From the IMG/VR virus record IMGVR_UViG_3300030333_008421: DNA of 64,000 nucleotides, one strand, 5' to 3'. The notes beneath the pieces were generated by a model that was not told the DNA's origin, ran no database searches, and was given only the letters and a program-made list of their open reading frames with translations. The stretch comes from an uncultured virus (IMG/VR IMGVR_UViG_3300030333_008421). Its lineage: Duplodnaviria > Heunggongvirae > Uroviricota > Caudoviricetes. The translations under genes were made by a program, and so were the position numbers. Below, piece by piece: positions 38,622-49,212 of this stretch. How positions within the stretch are numbered: position 1 is the stretch's first letter; the number at the start of each line of letters is the position of its first letter.

Positions 38622-40436
38622 ATGAAGCAAATCTTCTTCGAAGAAGTAATAATCACAAATTTTCTGTCCGTAGGTAACGATGAAGTAAGAGTAAAATTTA
38701 CTAAAGGCTTCAATATTATTACTGGTAGGAATAAGGATAAAGAAGATCGTAGAAACGGGGTAGGTAAAAGTACGATCGCTGATTCTATTAATTTTGCACT
38801 TTTCGGGTCTACACTTAGGGAACTAAAAAAAGAACTTATTCCAAATAATCTTAATAATGATACTTGTTCCGTATCTTTATCATTTACTGTAGCAACACCT
38901 CAAAAAACAGACAAGTATACTATTAACAGGACTTTATCTCCTTCAAAATGTTATATATTCAAAAACGAAGAAGATATAACCAGAGATTCAATAATTAACA
39001 CTAACGAATATATAAAAGATTTAATTAGTTGTACTGAGGATGTATTTCAAAACTGTATTATAATGACAGTAAACAATACAATACCCTTTATGGCTAAAAA
39101 GAAGGTTGAAAAAAGAAAGTTTATTGAGGGTATTTTTAATTTACAAATTTTTAGTAACATGATTTCAATGCTTCGTAACGATTACAACGATACAAGAAAG
39201 CATTTTGATATCGAGTCTACTAGTTATGATGAAACCGGTGCAACTTTAACTAATTTAAATTTACAAAAAGAACAAGTAATTACAGAACGTAAAGGTAAAT
39301 TAGAAAAATACAAAACTAGACAAGAAAATAATAAACGTGATTTATTAGAAATAAAAAGTCAGTTAAAAACTATCGAAAAAGACGCAATAGAACAAAACGA
39401 ACAACTAATTGTAAAGATAGAAAATAAAATTAAGGAACTTGATTCAGATAAAGCTGAAAAACAGACCCATATTGGTAAAATTGTTGGTTTGCAAACTCAG
39501 TATGAAGAAATGCTTTCTAAAATAGGTACTGATGAAGAAGTATGCCCTACATGTCTTCGCAAAATAGAAGTACACGATTCAGATCACATTAATAAAGAAA
39601 AAAAGATAATAGAAAATCAAATTTCAGACTACAATGATAGGATAGAGTCTATTACTAAAGAAATTAACAATATAAAAAATATCCAAAATAAACTTTACAC
39701 GGGTGTAAATCAAACAAGACAAAAAATTAAAACCATTTCTGATGAAATAAATGAACAGAAGCTTCTTAAGCAAAAAGCTAAACAAATGTTAGAATGGCAA
39801 AGTCAATTAAAGTTAGATATTAAAGAATTAAAGACAAATGACACTAATTTTGATAGTATGATTAAAGACTATACCGGTAAAGTTGAAGATATTAAGAAGA
39901 AACTCGATAAAGTAAAGAATAAACTTAATATGCTTGACGTGGTAAAGTATGTTGTATCTGAAGAAGGTGTTAAGTCTTATATTGTAAAGAAGATATTGCA
40001 AGTCTTTAATCAAAAGCTTGCTTACTATCTTAAAAAAATGGATAGTAATTGTGTTTGTATTTTTAACGAATATTTTGAAGAACAAATAATTAATGAAAAA
40101 AATAAAATCTGTTCATATTTTAACTTTTCTGGAGCAGAGCGGAAAAATATCGATTTGGCTTGCTTATTTGCTTTCATGGATATAAGAAGATTACAAGGAG
40201 ATGTTTCATTTAACTTTAGTATGTATGATGAACTATTCGATAGTAGTCTTGATGAACGTGGTGTAGATTTAGTAACCAATATTTTACGCGAAAGAGTAGA
40301 AAAATACAATGAATGCGTATACGTTATAAGTCATAGAAAAGAAAGTGTAAAAGCAGCTACTGGTGAAGTTATATATTTGGAAAAATCAAACGGCATAACA
40401 CGAAAAGTCGATTATACAGAAATTGATAATGACTGA
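38622..40436 (+). CDS. gp46: gp46 Rad50/SbcC-like ATPase
   Basis: NFLSVGN, NGVGKST, coiled coil with CPTC hook, FSGAE, DELFDSSLD, ISH. Confidence 0.95.
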   Translation: MKQIFFEEVIITNFLSVGNDEVRVKFTKGFNIITGRNKDKEDRRNGVGKSTIADSINFALFGSTLRELKKELIPNNLNNDTCSVSLSFTVATPQKTDKYTINRTLSPSKCYIFKNEEDITRDSIINTNEYIKDLISCTEDVFQNCIIMTVNNTIPFMAKKKVEKRKFIEGIFNLQIFSNMISMLRNDYNDTRKHFDIESTSYDETGATLTNLNLQKEQVITERKGKLEKYKTRQENNKRDLLEIKSQLKTIEKDAIEQNEQLIVKIENKIKELDSDKAEKQTHIGKIVGLQTQYEEMLSKIGTDEEVCPTCLRKIEVHDSDHINKEKKIIENQISDYNDRIESITKEINNIKNIQNKLYTGVNQTRQKIKTISDEINEQKLLKQKAKQMLEWQSQLKLDIKELKTNDTNFDSMIKDYTGKVEDIKKKLDKVKNKLNMLDVVKYVVSEEGVKSYIVKKILQVFNQKLAYYLKKMDSNCVCIFNEYFEEQIINEKNKICSYFNFSGAERKNIDLACLFAFMDIRRLQGDVSFNFSMYDELFDSSLDERGVDLVTNILRERVEKYNECVYVISHRKESVKAATGEVIYLEKSNGITRKVDYTEIDND

Positions 40437-40457
40437 TTAACAAGTAAATAAAATTTA

Positions 40458-41681
40458 ATGTTTCAATCACCTTTACAGCAAAACAATCCATTCGGAGGGC
40501 ATAACCCTTTTGCAGGTAATTTCATTAATAAACAAAAAATTCAGATAGGTCAACCTGCCCCTGGTCCTGAAGGTACGCCACGTTTTATGAACTATGTAGC
40601 TGATTATGGTGGTTGTGGTTTTTGGCGTATTATATGGCCTGAATATTTGCTTAATGCAAGTATGAAGTGTATGGTTCATACATCCACTGTAATGACTATG
40701 GACCCTAATCACTATCAACGCGCAGTAGCCATAAAATTACAAAGACAAGCTTCACCAGATCAACTAAAGTTTGTAAGATACCTTAAGCAGATTTCAAGTC
40801 AAGTGGGGTTTAGGTTAATTTACGAAATTGATGATTTAGCTTTTAGAGAAGACATTCCAGATTACAACAAATACAAATTTGCATTTACGAGTGATGAAAT
40901 AAGAAACGGTATTCAAGAAATAATGGAACTGTGTGACGAAATGACCGTTACATGTAAGTTCATGAAAGATTATTACGAATCAAAAACTAATAGTCTACCC
41001 GTAACTGTTATACCCAACTATGTACCTAAATTTTGGATGGGTAATTTTTATAACCGTGAAAAGATAGAATTTGATTACGATAAGCATAAACGTAAACCTC
41101 GTGTAGTTTGGTCTGGTTCAGGTGCTCATATTGATGTAGATAATAGGATAAAAGGTAAAGATGATTTCTTTCACGTTAATGATGTTATAAGATCAACAGT
41201 TGACGATTTTCAGTGGGTATTTTTAGGTGCTATTTCACGCGACTTAACAGATTTAGTACAAAAAGGCAAAATTGAATTTCACCCATGGTGTGATTTATAT
41301 AATTACCCGGAAAAAATATACACACTAAATGCTAATATGATGGTAGCTCCTTTAAGAGATAATAATTTTAATAAATCTAAGAGTGACCTTAAACATCTTG
41401 AAGCAAGTTGTTTCGGTTTACCAGTTGCATGTCAAGATATTTGTACATATGAAAATGCACCCATTAAATTTAAAACCGGTGATGAAATGATTGATCAGAT
41501 TAAAACCGTTCTTAAAGATGAAAGAAGATTTATCAAAGAATCGGTAGCTGGTAGGAATTTTGCAGAATCAAGATTTTTAGAAAAAGAAGAAAATATTGGT
41601 AAATTTTTTGAAAATTATAATTACCCAGTGAATGATCCAAGGAGAAAATTTCTCAATAGTCTGCCAGAAAATAAAGCTTGA
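40458..41681 (+). CDS. GT-B (GT4-like) glycosyltransferase
   Basis: ADYGGCGFWR, YEIDD, VIPN, W.GSG.H, APL..N.FN.SKSDLK.LEA...G.P. Confidence 0.8.
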   Translation: MFQSPLQQNNPFGGHNPFAGNFINKQKIQIGQPAPGPEGTPRFMNYVADYGGCGFWRIIWPEYLLNASMKCMVHTSTVMTMDPNHYQRAVAIKLQRQASPDQLKFVRYLKQISSQVGFRLIYEIDDLAFREDIPDYNKYKFAFTSDEIRNGIQEIMELCDEMTVTCKFMKDYYESKTNSLPVTVIPNYVPKFWMGNFYNREKIEFDYDKHKRKPRVVWSGSGAHIDVDNRIKGKDDFFHVNDVIRSTVDDFQWVFLGAISRDLTDLVQKGKIEFHPWCDLYNYPEKIYTLNANMMVAPLRDNNFNKSKSDLKHLEASCFGLPVACQDICTYENAPIKFKTGDEMIDQIKTVLKDERRFIKESVAGRNFAESRFLEKEENIGKFFENYNYPVNDPRRKFLNSLPENKA

Positions 41682-41713
41682 TAAATCCTAAGAACCCTTT
41701 ATAATTAACGGGT

Positions 41714-44302
41714 ATGTATAGGAATGTTGTTTACGAGCCCTCACAAGAACAAATGCGACTGTTCACTTGGGATGAGGATGGAAATAGAATACAAGTAACG
41801 CAAAGTTACAACCCGTATCTTTATATTGAACCTAAAGATAGTAGGCATCAAACTGCAACTTCTATTTACAAGACACCTTTGCGTAAGGTGGTATTCAAAC
41901 GTGAATCTGAAAGAAGACAGTTTATTAAAAACAACAAAATAAAAAGGTTGTTTGAGCATTTACCAGTAAAGCAACAATTTTTATTAGATAATTTTTGGCA
42001 AGTAAATGAAACTGACGACTTTACGAAAAACCCAATCAAGATGCTTTTGTTAGATATTGAGACCTATTCACCTGATGGGTTTCCAAATATCGAAAATGCT
42101 AATCATGCGATTAATGTTATTACAGTTTACGATAATCTTGAAAAAAAGTTTTATACTTGGGGTACAAAAGAGTATAAAGGTAAAGGTAGAGACGATTTAG
42201 AATACGTTTATTGTGAAACTGAAAGGGTACTATTTGCAAAGTTCCTTGATTACCTTGAGAAAGATTACCCAGATATCTTAAGTGGATGGAACTCTGAGTT
42301 CTTCGATATTCCATATATTATAAAACGTTGTGAACGTATTATGGGTAGTGAAGAAATGAAGAGACTATCACCTGTAAACAATGTATATTATCGAAGCATT
42401 CAAGGTGCTTTTGGTAGGCAACAAATACGTTGGTATATTGAAGGTATAGCTTTGTTAGACTATTTAGATATATACAAAAAGTTCGCACCTTTAAGGGAAT
42501 CATATAAACTTGATGCAATTGGTGAACTTGAGTTAGGTGAACGAAAGGTGGAGTTTCAAGGTATGGATTTGGCAACCTTATCTGACGTTGATTGGGATAA
42601 GTTTATTGACTACAACATTCAGGACGTAAACCTACTCGTAAGATTAGAAGAAAAGCTACAATATTTGGGTTTGATACGAATGTTAGCTTATGTAGGGTGT
42701 GTTACCTTTGACGCAGCTATGGGTGCGTTATCGGTGATTAATGGGGCTTTTTGTATTCGTGCAAGACACAAACAACAAGTCATACCTACTTTTATACGAG
42801 GGGAAGACACGGGTAAGAATCCAGGTGCATATGTAGGTGAACCCCAACAAGGGTTCCAAAACTACATTCTATCTTTTGATGCTAACAGTCTATATCCTAA
42901 TGTGATGATATCGCTCAACTTATCACCTGAAACTAAGATTGGTAAAATACTAGAAAAAACTGATGATCAGGTTGTTATGGAGATGGTAAGTGGTAAAGTC
43001 AAAGAGTTTACTATTCCAACTTTTGTTAAGATGATAAAGGATTACAAACTTACAGTATCAAAAGCTAATATTGTATTCCATCAACAAGAAAAGGGTATCA
43101 TTCCTGAAATTGTAGATTATTATTATCAAAAACGCAAAGTGTTCAAAGATGAGTATGTTGACTTGAAAAAGAAACATGCAAGTATGAAGAAAAGCGATCC
43201 AGATTATGAAAAGATCGGGGTAGATTCACAACGAGCCGGGACCAAACAGTTAACGGTGAAAATTTTGATTAACTCAATATATGGATATTTCGGTAACAAA
43301 AATGCACCTATTGGGGATGACGATATTGCATCATCAGTTACATTAAGTGGTCAAGCAGTAATTAAACAAAGTAACGTAATTATTAGAGACTTTATCAAAC
43401 TTAAAACTGGTTTGAGTGATGAAGACTTAAAGAAGAAGGATCCTATCATTTATAATGACACAGATTCCTCTTATGCATCAATTGAGTTACTGATTAACCA
43501 TTTAGGGTTAAACTTCAAAAATGAAAAGGGTGAAGTTCATGATGATATATACAAGCTTGAAGACGAATTGGTAGCTTATTTGAATAAGCAAATAATGATT
43601 TGGGGTAAGAAGGTATTCAATAGTAAAGATTGTAGATTTGTATTCAAGCGTGAGTGTATTGGCGAAGTTGGTGTATTCTTACAGAAGAAACGTTATGTCA
43701 TGAACATACTTGATGACGAAGGTGCTAAGATAAACAAAACGAAGTATACTGGGGTAGAGGTAGTTAGAACTACGTTACCGAACTCATTAAAACCTCATAT
43801 GAAAAATGTAATTGAGATAATGCTCAGTACTCAAGACTACCAGCAAACCAATGAAGCAATGAAAGTGGTTTATGATAAATTCAAAGATTTGCCTATAACT
43901 GATATTGCAAGTGTAATGGGGTTAAAAGGGTATGAAAAATATGCAGGTCAATGTGATGGTATGAAGACAGTAAAGGGTATGCCAATACATGCAAAAGCAA
44001 GCTATTTTTACAATCAATTGGTAAAATTGCATAAACTTGATAAAAAATATGAACTGATTGGTTCGGGGGATAAGGTTAGATTTTTCTATGTTAAGAAACC
44101 AAACAAATATAATGTTGATTCTATTGCATATAAGTACGAATGGCCTGAAGAATTTGATGCATTTTTCAAACCAGATTACGATAAAATTTATGAAAAGTTA
44201 ATTTTTGCTCCTATCGAACGATTTTATAAAGCAGTTAACTGGAAATGTTATTTACCAAACCAGGCAGTGCAGTGTGATTTATTTAGCTTATTATCTGAAT
44301 AG
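41714..44302 (+). CDS. gp43: Family B DNA polymerase
   Basis: DIET, GWN..FFD, YN..D exonuclease; SFDANSLYP, K...NSIYG, YNDTDS, KKRY; TTGATA-N16-TATAAT-N8-ATG. Confidence 0.98.
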   Translation: MYRNVVYEPSQEQMRLFTWDEDGNRIQVTQSYNPYLYIEPKDSRHQTATSIYKTPLRKVVFKRESERRQFIKNNKIKRLFEHLPVKQQFLLDNFWQVNETDDFTKNPIKMLLLDIETYSPDGFPNIENANHAINVITVYDNLEKKFYTWGTKEYKGKGRDDLEYVYCETERVLFAKFLDYLEKDYPDILSGWNSEFFDIPYIIKRCERIMGSEEMKRLSPVNNVYYRSIQGAFGRQQIRWYIEGIALLDYLDIYKKFAPLRESYKLDAIGELELGERKVEFQGMDLATLSDVDWDKFIDYNIQDVNLLVRLEEKLQYLGLIRMLAYVGCVTFDAAMGALSVINGAFCIRARHKQQVIPTFIRGEDTGKNPGAYVGEPQQGFQNYILSFDANSLYPNVMISLNLSPETKIGKILEKTDDQVVMEMVSGKVKEFTIPTFVKMIKDYKLTVSKANIVFHQQEKGIIPEIVDYYYQKRKVFKDEYVDLKKKHASMKKSDPDYEKIGVDSQRAGTKQLTVKILINSIYGYFGNKNAPIGDDDIASSVTLSGQAVIKQSNVIIRDFIKLKTGLSDEDLKKKDPIIYNDTDSSYASIELLINHLGLNFKNEKGEVHDDIYKLEDELVAYLNKQIMIWGKKVFNSKDCRFVFKRECIGEVGVFLQKKRYVMNILDDEGAKINKTKYTGVEVVRTTLPNSLKPHMKNVIEIMLSTQDYQQTNEAMKVVYDKFKDLPITDIASVMGLKGYEKYAGQCDGMKTVKGMPIHAKASYFYNQLVKLHKLDKKYELIGSGDKVRFFYVKKPNKYNVDSIAYKYEWPEEFDAFFKPDYDKIYEKLIFAPIERFYKAVNWKCYLPNQAVQCDLFSLLSE

Positions 44303-44339
44303 TAGTTGATTCAAAGGGATGAATATATAAAATATTGTT

Positions 44340-44708
44340 ATGTCAGATGTAACACTAAAGATATTTGTTGACCAGGTAGGTCGAACCGTAATCGGTGATT
44401 TGGTATCAGAAGATGATTCCACCATTTCACTTAAGAACCCATGTACAATTTTTGTTCAACCTAATGAACAAGGCCAACTTCAGGTGCAAACAGTTCCTAT
44501 GTTTTTTAGAGAATTTTTGACCCTTGAAGGACGTGAGAAAGGCACTACTTGGACATTTAGGAAAAACACTATTATCGATAGTGATTGTGCTGAACATCTG
44601 GACGACAAACTAAAAAGCCAATATAGCCAAATTGTTACGACATTCTCTGCTCCGGACGCACCAAGCGAAGAGGCGGAACCAGAAGTAGTGAAATTGTTTG
44701 ATGATTAA
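44340..44708 (+). CDS. Small Sm-like-fold phage protein
   Basis: GRTVIG.L....D...LKNP Sm-like pattern; acidic tail VVKLFDD. Confidence 0.55.
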   Translation: MSDVTLKIFVDQVGRTVIGDLVSEDDSTISLKNPCTIFVQPNEQGQLQVQTVPMFFREFLTLEGREKGTTWTFRKNTIIDSDCAEHLDDKLKSQYSQIVTTFSAPDAPSEEAEPEVVKLFDD

Positions 44709-44721
44709 GTTATATTTCTTT

Positions 44722-44748
44722 AGCGCCTCTTAGGAGGCGCTTTTTTTT
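44722..44748 (+). terminator. Intrinsic terminator
   Basis: AGCGCCTC-TTAG-GAGGCGCT followed by T-run. Confidence 0.9.
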
Positions 44749-44894
44749 CTTTCTTGGATGGTTAGTTTTTCTTGTTTGTTGCCAAACGCGCTATGTCTTG
44801 GGTTGCAGCAGCATTGACATTTCGGTTTGTTGTCTCTTGTTTTTCCTACTCTACCTGTTTTATAGTTTATACGTTTTCTTATTGTCCTACTCAT
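44730..44894 (-). CDS. Small basic Cys-rich protein (54 aa, not in ORF track)
   Basis: Manual translation MSRTIRKRINYKTGRVGKTRDNKPKCQCCCNPRHSAFGNKQEKLTIQERKKSAS; fills the intergenic gap; GGAG upstream. Confidence 0.65.
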   Translation of the reverse strand: MSRTIRKRINYKTGRVGKTRDNKPKCQCCCNPRHSAFGNKQEKLTIQERKKSAS

Positions 44895-44987
44895 TAGTTT
44901 TAAACTCCGCTTTTTAAAGTATGAACATCCATATAGAATTATTTATTTTTGTCTTGATTACCCGTTTTTATAATCTATAATAACTAC

Positions 44988-46073
44988 ATGGCTAAAGATA
45001 AGATCGCAGATGTTTTTTCAAGTTTAGATAAACTTAACCCTGAAGCTACATACTTAAGTGAAAACGCACTATCTAATGTCGATACCTGGTATGATACAGG
45101 TTGTTATGCATTGAATGCTATCATAGGTGGTAGGTGTGTTGGTGGTGGTGTACCGAAAGGTAGATTAATTGGTTTTGCTGGACCATCTCAATCAGGTAAG
45201 ACTTATATTATTAATAAAATTTTAGGTAACGCACAGAAACAAGGTATCCACCCAGTTATTTTTGACACCGAGTTTGCTGTTGATAAAGAAAGTACAGAAG
45301 GCGTTGGTCTTGATGCCACTAAAACCAAATATGTACCCGTATATACAGTAGAACAATGTCGTAACCAAGTAGTAGCTTTGCTTGATAGTATTGTTGAAAA
45401 AGGGTTACAAGGTAGGTTTATTATTTCTATCGACTCTTTAGGTAACTTAGCATCACAAAAAGAGGTAGATGATGCTGCTAAAGATAAGAGTGCAATGGAT
45501 ATGGGTCTTAGAGCTAAACAGTTAAAGTCTATGATGAGAATTTTAACTTATAAGGCTGGGTTGTCAGGAACCACTATTTTGTTTAGTAATCATACCTATG
45601 ACGATCCTTCTGCGTTAATGCCTACGTTAGTTAAGACCGCTGCTGGTGGTAGTGGACCTCAGTATATGGCAAGTGTGTTGGTACAACTTGCTAATAAAAA
45701 GGAACGTCAAGATGCATCAAACGATAATGATGAAATGTTACCTGAATCACGAAACTATTCGGGTAGCACACTTCGGTTTTTGACAACCAAAAATCGTTTT
45801 GTACCTCCTTATTTGCAAGCAGAGATTTACCTTAACTTTAAAACCGGTTTAGACAAGTATAGTGGCTTGAAAGACATGGCTGTTAATCATGGGATATTAA
45901 CGCAGACCGGTAGTACATTTCAAATTGGTATCGAGAGTGAGGACGGAAAACGTAAGGTGGGAGATAAAATAGGTTATTATAAAAATTGGAGAAAAGATGT
46001 AGATCTTTGGGAAAATTTTATTATTCCTGAATTAGATAAAAAGTTGAAATTAGCATATAGCTACGGTAAATAA
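44988..46073 (+). CDS. uvsX: RecA-like recombinase
   Basis: DTG...LN, GPSQSGKT, FDTE, IDSLGNL, DMG.RAK.LKS, NHTY, GG.G..Y, KNRF; TTGATT-N16-TATAAT-N6-ATG. Confidence 0.95.
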   Translation: MAKDKIADVFSSLDKLNPEATYLSENALSNVDTWYDTGCYALNAIIGGRCVGGGVPKGRLIGFAGPSQSGKTYIINKILGNAQKQGIHPVIFDTEFAVDKESTEGVGLDATKTKYVPVYTVEQCRNQVVALLDSIVEKGLQGRFIISIDSLGNLASQKEVDDAAKDKSAMDMGLRAKQLKSMMRILTYKAGLSGTTILFSNHTYDDPSALMPTLVKTAAGGSGPQYMASVLVQLANKKERQDASNDNDEMLPESRNYSGSTLRFLTTKNRFVPPYLQAEIYLNFKTGLDKYSGLKDMAVNHGILTQTGSTFQIGIESEDGKRKVGDKIGYYKNWRKDVDLWENFIIPELDKKLKLAYSYGK

Positions 46074-46077
46074 CATC

Positions 46078-47682
46078 ATGGCAAATATTGCTTTTTACGG
46101 TTCGCACAATGGTGCTATCGCCCTTGAAGATAACGGGGAATATTATGTAATTGAACTTGAACGTTTTTTTAATATTAAAAATATTGGGTTAGCTCAATAT
46201 AAGCCGTTGCGTTTTAGAGAAGAAGCCGTATACGCAGTATTAGAGTATATTGAAAAAGAACTTGGTTATGTGCCACCCTTCGAAAATCTAATTCATATCA
46301 ATACGGAATGTGTACATGACGATATAACATATAGTTATAAAGATTTCATTCCTGCAAAAACTGTTTTAGAAGGGTGGCATCACCATGCACATGCAAGTGG
46401 TTCATTTTATCAATCTAATTTTAATGAAGCTATTATTTTTAGTTTTGACGGTGGTGGTAATGACGGATTTTTTAATATTTTTACAGCTAATAGAAAAGAC
46501 GGGGTAAAATATTTGGATAAAACAAACCCTGCAGAAAGACATGATTATGATTATGACTTTGGTTTTCCTTATATGTGTTTTGCACATTATTGCCCCGATA
46601 TTAAACAAGAATGGATTTCAGATGGTAATCTTGTTTATAGTGGGAAAATTATGGGGTTGTGTGGGTTCGGTAAAGTTAGACACGAATGGTTAAACGCATT
46701 TAAAGAGTTCTATTATTCAAAACCTGATGGTGAAGATTATGTTGAAAAACTTAATAACATTATAGGTAGAAAATGTAATTTGGTATTCGATGAAAATAAC
46801 AGATTAGAAAAAGAAGTTAGCTGGGATGTAGCAGCTACATCTCAACAGGCTTTTGAAGATGTATTTTTTGAAGTTGCAATGCCGTATATTGACAAATATA
46901 AAGATCTGCCAATTATTATTACCGGTGGTTGCGGTCTTAATATTCTACTTGCAACTAAAATTAAAGAGAAATTTCCTAATCGACCTAGCTTTGTAGCACC
47001 CAATACAAATGACTGTGGTATTGCGTTAGGTTTGCTAGCAGGTTTTAATAAACCCAAAGAACCTATTGATATTACATATGGTGGTACGGAACTAATGGAT
47101 AAAAATTGTTACCCGGCATGGATCGAAAGTAACGTTGCTAAACCTGTTAACTTTGAAGACATAGTAAACTATCTATGTGAAGGAAAAATATTTGGAGTTG
47201 CAAGAGGTAGGTGTGAACATGGTCCTAGAGCTCTAGGAAACAGGTCTATTATTTGTAACCCGGCTTTTCCTGAGATGAAAGATATATTGAATCATAAAGT
47301 TAAACACCGGGAGTGGTATAGGCCATTTGCCCCGGTAGTTAGACTTGAAGATGTTTCGAAATATTTTGAATGGGAAGGCGAAACAAGACATATGCTTTAT
47401 TGCCCAAGGGTACGTAAAGAATGGCAAAAGGAACTAAGCTCTATTACTCATGTAGACGGGACTGCAAGAGTACAAACCATTACAAGAGAACAGAATGAAT
47501 GGCTTTATGATCTTCTTACCGTATTTGAAGCTAAAGCAGGTCATGGGGTATTGTTAAATACATCGTTTAATATTGCAGGTAAACCTATTCTTAATACTAT
47601 AGCTGATGCAATGAAAGTGCTTGAAACTTCGCAGATGGATTTTATAATCATCGAAGATTTTTACTATGGAAAATACTGGTAA
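46078..47682 (+). CDS. O-carbamoyltransferase (NodU/CmcH/TobZ family)
   Basis: HHHAHA, DGGG, GKIMGL, GGCGLN, ND.GIALG, E.GPRALGNRSI, VKHREWYRPFAP, HVDGTARVQT, LLNTSFN; TAAATA-N5-ATG. Confidence 0.93.
   Translation: MANIAFYGSHNGAIALEDNGEYYVIELERFFNIKNIGLAQYKPLRFREEAVYAVLEYIEKELGYVPPFENLIHINTECVHDDITYSYKDFIPAKTVLEGWHHHAHASGSFYQSNFNEAIIFSFDGGGNDGFFNIFTANRKDGVKYLDKTNPAERHDYDYDFGFPYMCFAHYCPDIKQEWISDGNLVYSGKIMGLCGFGKVRHEWLNAFKEFYYSKPDGEDYVEKLNNIIGRKCNLVFDENNRLEKEVSWDVAATSQQAFEDVFFEVAMPYIDKYKDLPIIITGGCGLNILLATKIKEKFPNRPSFVAPNTNDCGIALGLLAGFNKPKEPIDITYGGTELMDKNCYPAWIESNVAKPVNFEDIVNYLCEGKIFGVARGRCEHGPRALGNRSIICNPAFPEMKDILNHKVKHREWYRPFAPVVRLEDVSKYFEWEGETRHMLYCPRVRKEWQKELSSITHVDGTARVQTITREQNEWLYDLLTVFEAKAGHGVLLNTSFNIAGKPILNTIADAMKVLETSQMDFIIIEDFYYGKYW
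47621..47648 (+). promoter_or_regulatory. Early promoter TTGAAA-N16-TATAAT inside the carbamoyltransferase 3' end, upstream of queC
   Basis: Same geometry as other early promoters; 17 nt before queC ATG. Confidence 0.55.
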
Positions 47683-48496
47683 TATAGAAGAAGCACCTCC
47701 ACCACAACGTAAGAGTGGGGTAATGATATTTAGCGGTGGTATGGATAGTGCCGCTATGCTTAGATTAGCACAATTTAGCGTTAATGATCTTTATTGTTTG
47801 ACTTTTGATTATGGTCAAAGACATAAAAGGGAAATAGAATGTGCGAAGACACAGATTCAACATGCTAAACTTTTATCTTTTAATCATTCATTTGAGGATT
47901 CATATATCGAACATGTTGTTATAGATATAACTAATCTTATCGAAATATTTGGTCGTAATAATTCTATAACTAATTTAGATATTCGAAACCCAGATGTTAC
48001 AAAAATGGTTGGAGAAGCTCAACCAGCAAGTTACGTACCTTTTAGGAACCAAATATTTTTATCGTTAGCATGTGCTTATGCTGAAACGGTAAACGCTAAT
48101 TATATATATCACGGTGCTACAAAAGTGGATAGTTTAGCAGGTTACTGGGACGCAAGTCAAGAATTTAAAGACGCATTTCAACATTTAATTCAATTGAATA
48201 GAAAATATGAAATGGAGATACAATGTCCATTATTAGAAATGGATAAAAAAGCTATTGTCGAATACGGCTATAGTAATTCAATTTCCTTTAAAGATACATA
48301 CACATGTTATAGTGGTGAAGATTTATGTGATGCAACCACACCAAGTAGTTCTTTAAGACTTAAAGGGTTCGCTGATGCAGGTTATATTGACCCGTTACCA
48401 TATAAACAAGACTTAACTGAGTTTTGGGAAAAACATAATTGCAAACCATACCATGATGAAGTATTCTTAAATACAGAAGGAACTAGAGGACCATAA
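47666..48496 (+). CDS. queC: 7-cyano-7-deazaguanine synthase with degenerate Zn motif
   Basis: FSGGMDS, FDYGQRH..E, YVPFRN, Y.D, PL....K, TYTCY; CGxCxSC replaced by DATTPSS. Confidence 0.9.
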   Translation: MENTGNIEEAPPPQRKSGVMIFSGGMDSAAMLRLAQFSVNDLYCLTFDYGQRHKREIECAKTQIQHAKLLSFNHSFEDSYIEHVVIDITNLIEIFGRNNSITNLDIRNPDVTKMVGEAQPASYVPFRNQIFLSLACAYAETVNANYIYHGATKVDSLAGYWDASQEFKDAFQHLIQLNRKYEMEIQCPLLEMDKKAIVEYGYSNSISFKDTYTCYSGEDLCDATTPSSSLRLKGFADAGYIDPLPYKQDLTEFWEKHNCKPYHDEVFLNTEGTRGP

Positions 48497-49209
48497 TGAG
48501 AACATTTACAGAAGAAGAATTATCAAAATTAGGTTTTCAGGGAAATATATACCCTGATCCTAATGCTTTTAGATCGCATAGACCATTTTTAAAACACTGT
48601 GTAGATTTATTATACGAGAAAAAAGGTAAACTTAATATTTTAGAAGTGGGTATCGGTGACGGTAGTTCTGAATATTTTTCCGAAATTACTAAAGAAGATA
48701 AAGCTAATGTGTGGGGTATTGAATTTTATCCTGCATTTTGGGAAGAGTATGAAGAAAAAAGAAAGGAACTAGTAAACGATAATTATCAAATGTCTCTTGA
48801 ATATGATTCGCAAGGTCCTTGGGTTTGGGGGACGCCTTTATTTGATAAAGTTGATAGATTCTATGATATTATTTTTATAGATTCCGGTAGTTACGAAAAT
48901 AGATGGAACTGGGTTAAGTATGCTTCTAAAGGTCATTCAGATATTTTTATGTTGCATGACAGTGAACACTGGCATAGACAGAAGAAATGGGCTTTCGACT
49001 ATATTAAAGAAAACTGGAAATATGTTTATGATAGTTGGCCTAAAGTAAACCCCGGTACTGTATTTGGTGCTAATTTTGACCTTGAGTGTAACTTAGCTTT
49101 TGAAAAGATACATGATGATTTAGCTGTTGATCCTTCAAACCCGCACCCTCAAGTTGGGGAATTGGATCCAGCAACTATGAATATGCCTATACAGGAATGG
49201 GCTGAATAA
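48496..49209 (+). CDS. Class I SAM-dependent methyltransferase-like
   Basis: ILEVGIGDGSS, YDIIFIDS, MLHDSE. Confidence 0.7.
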   Translation: MRTFTEEELSKLGFQGNIYPDPNAFRSHRPFLKHCVDLLYEKKGKLNILEVGIGDGSSEYFSEITKEDKANVWGIEFYPAFWEEYEEKRKELVNDNYQMSLEYDSQGPWVWGTPLFDKVDRFYDIIFIDSGSYENRWNWVKYASKGHSDIFMLHDSEHWHRQKKWAFDYIKENWKYVYDSWPKVNPGTVFGANFDLECNLAFEKIHDDLAVDPSNPHPQVGELDPATMNMPIQEWAE

Positions 49210-49212
49210 AAA

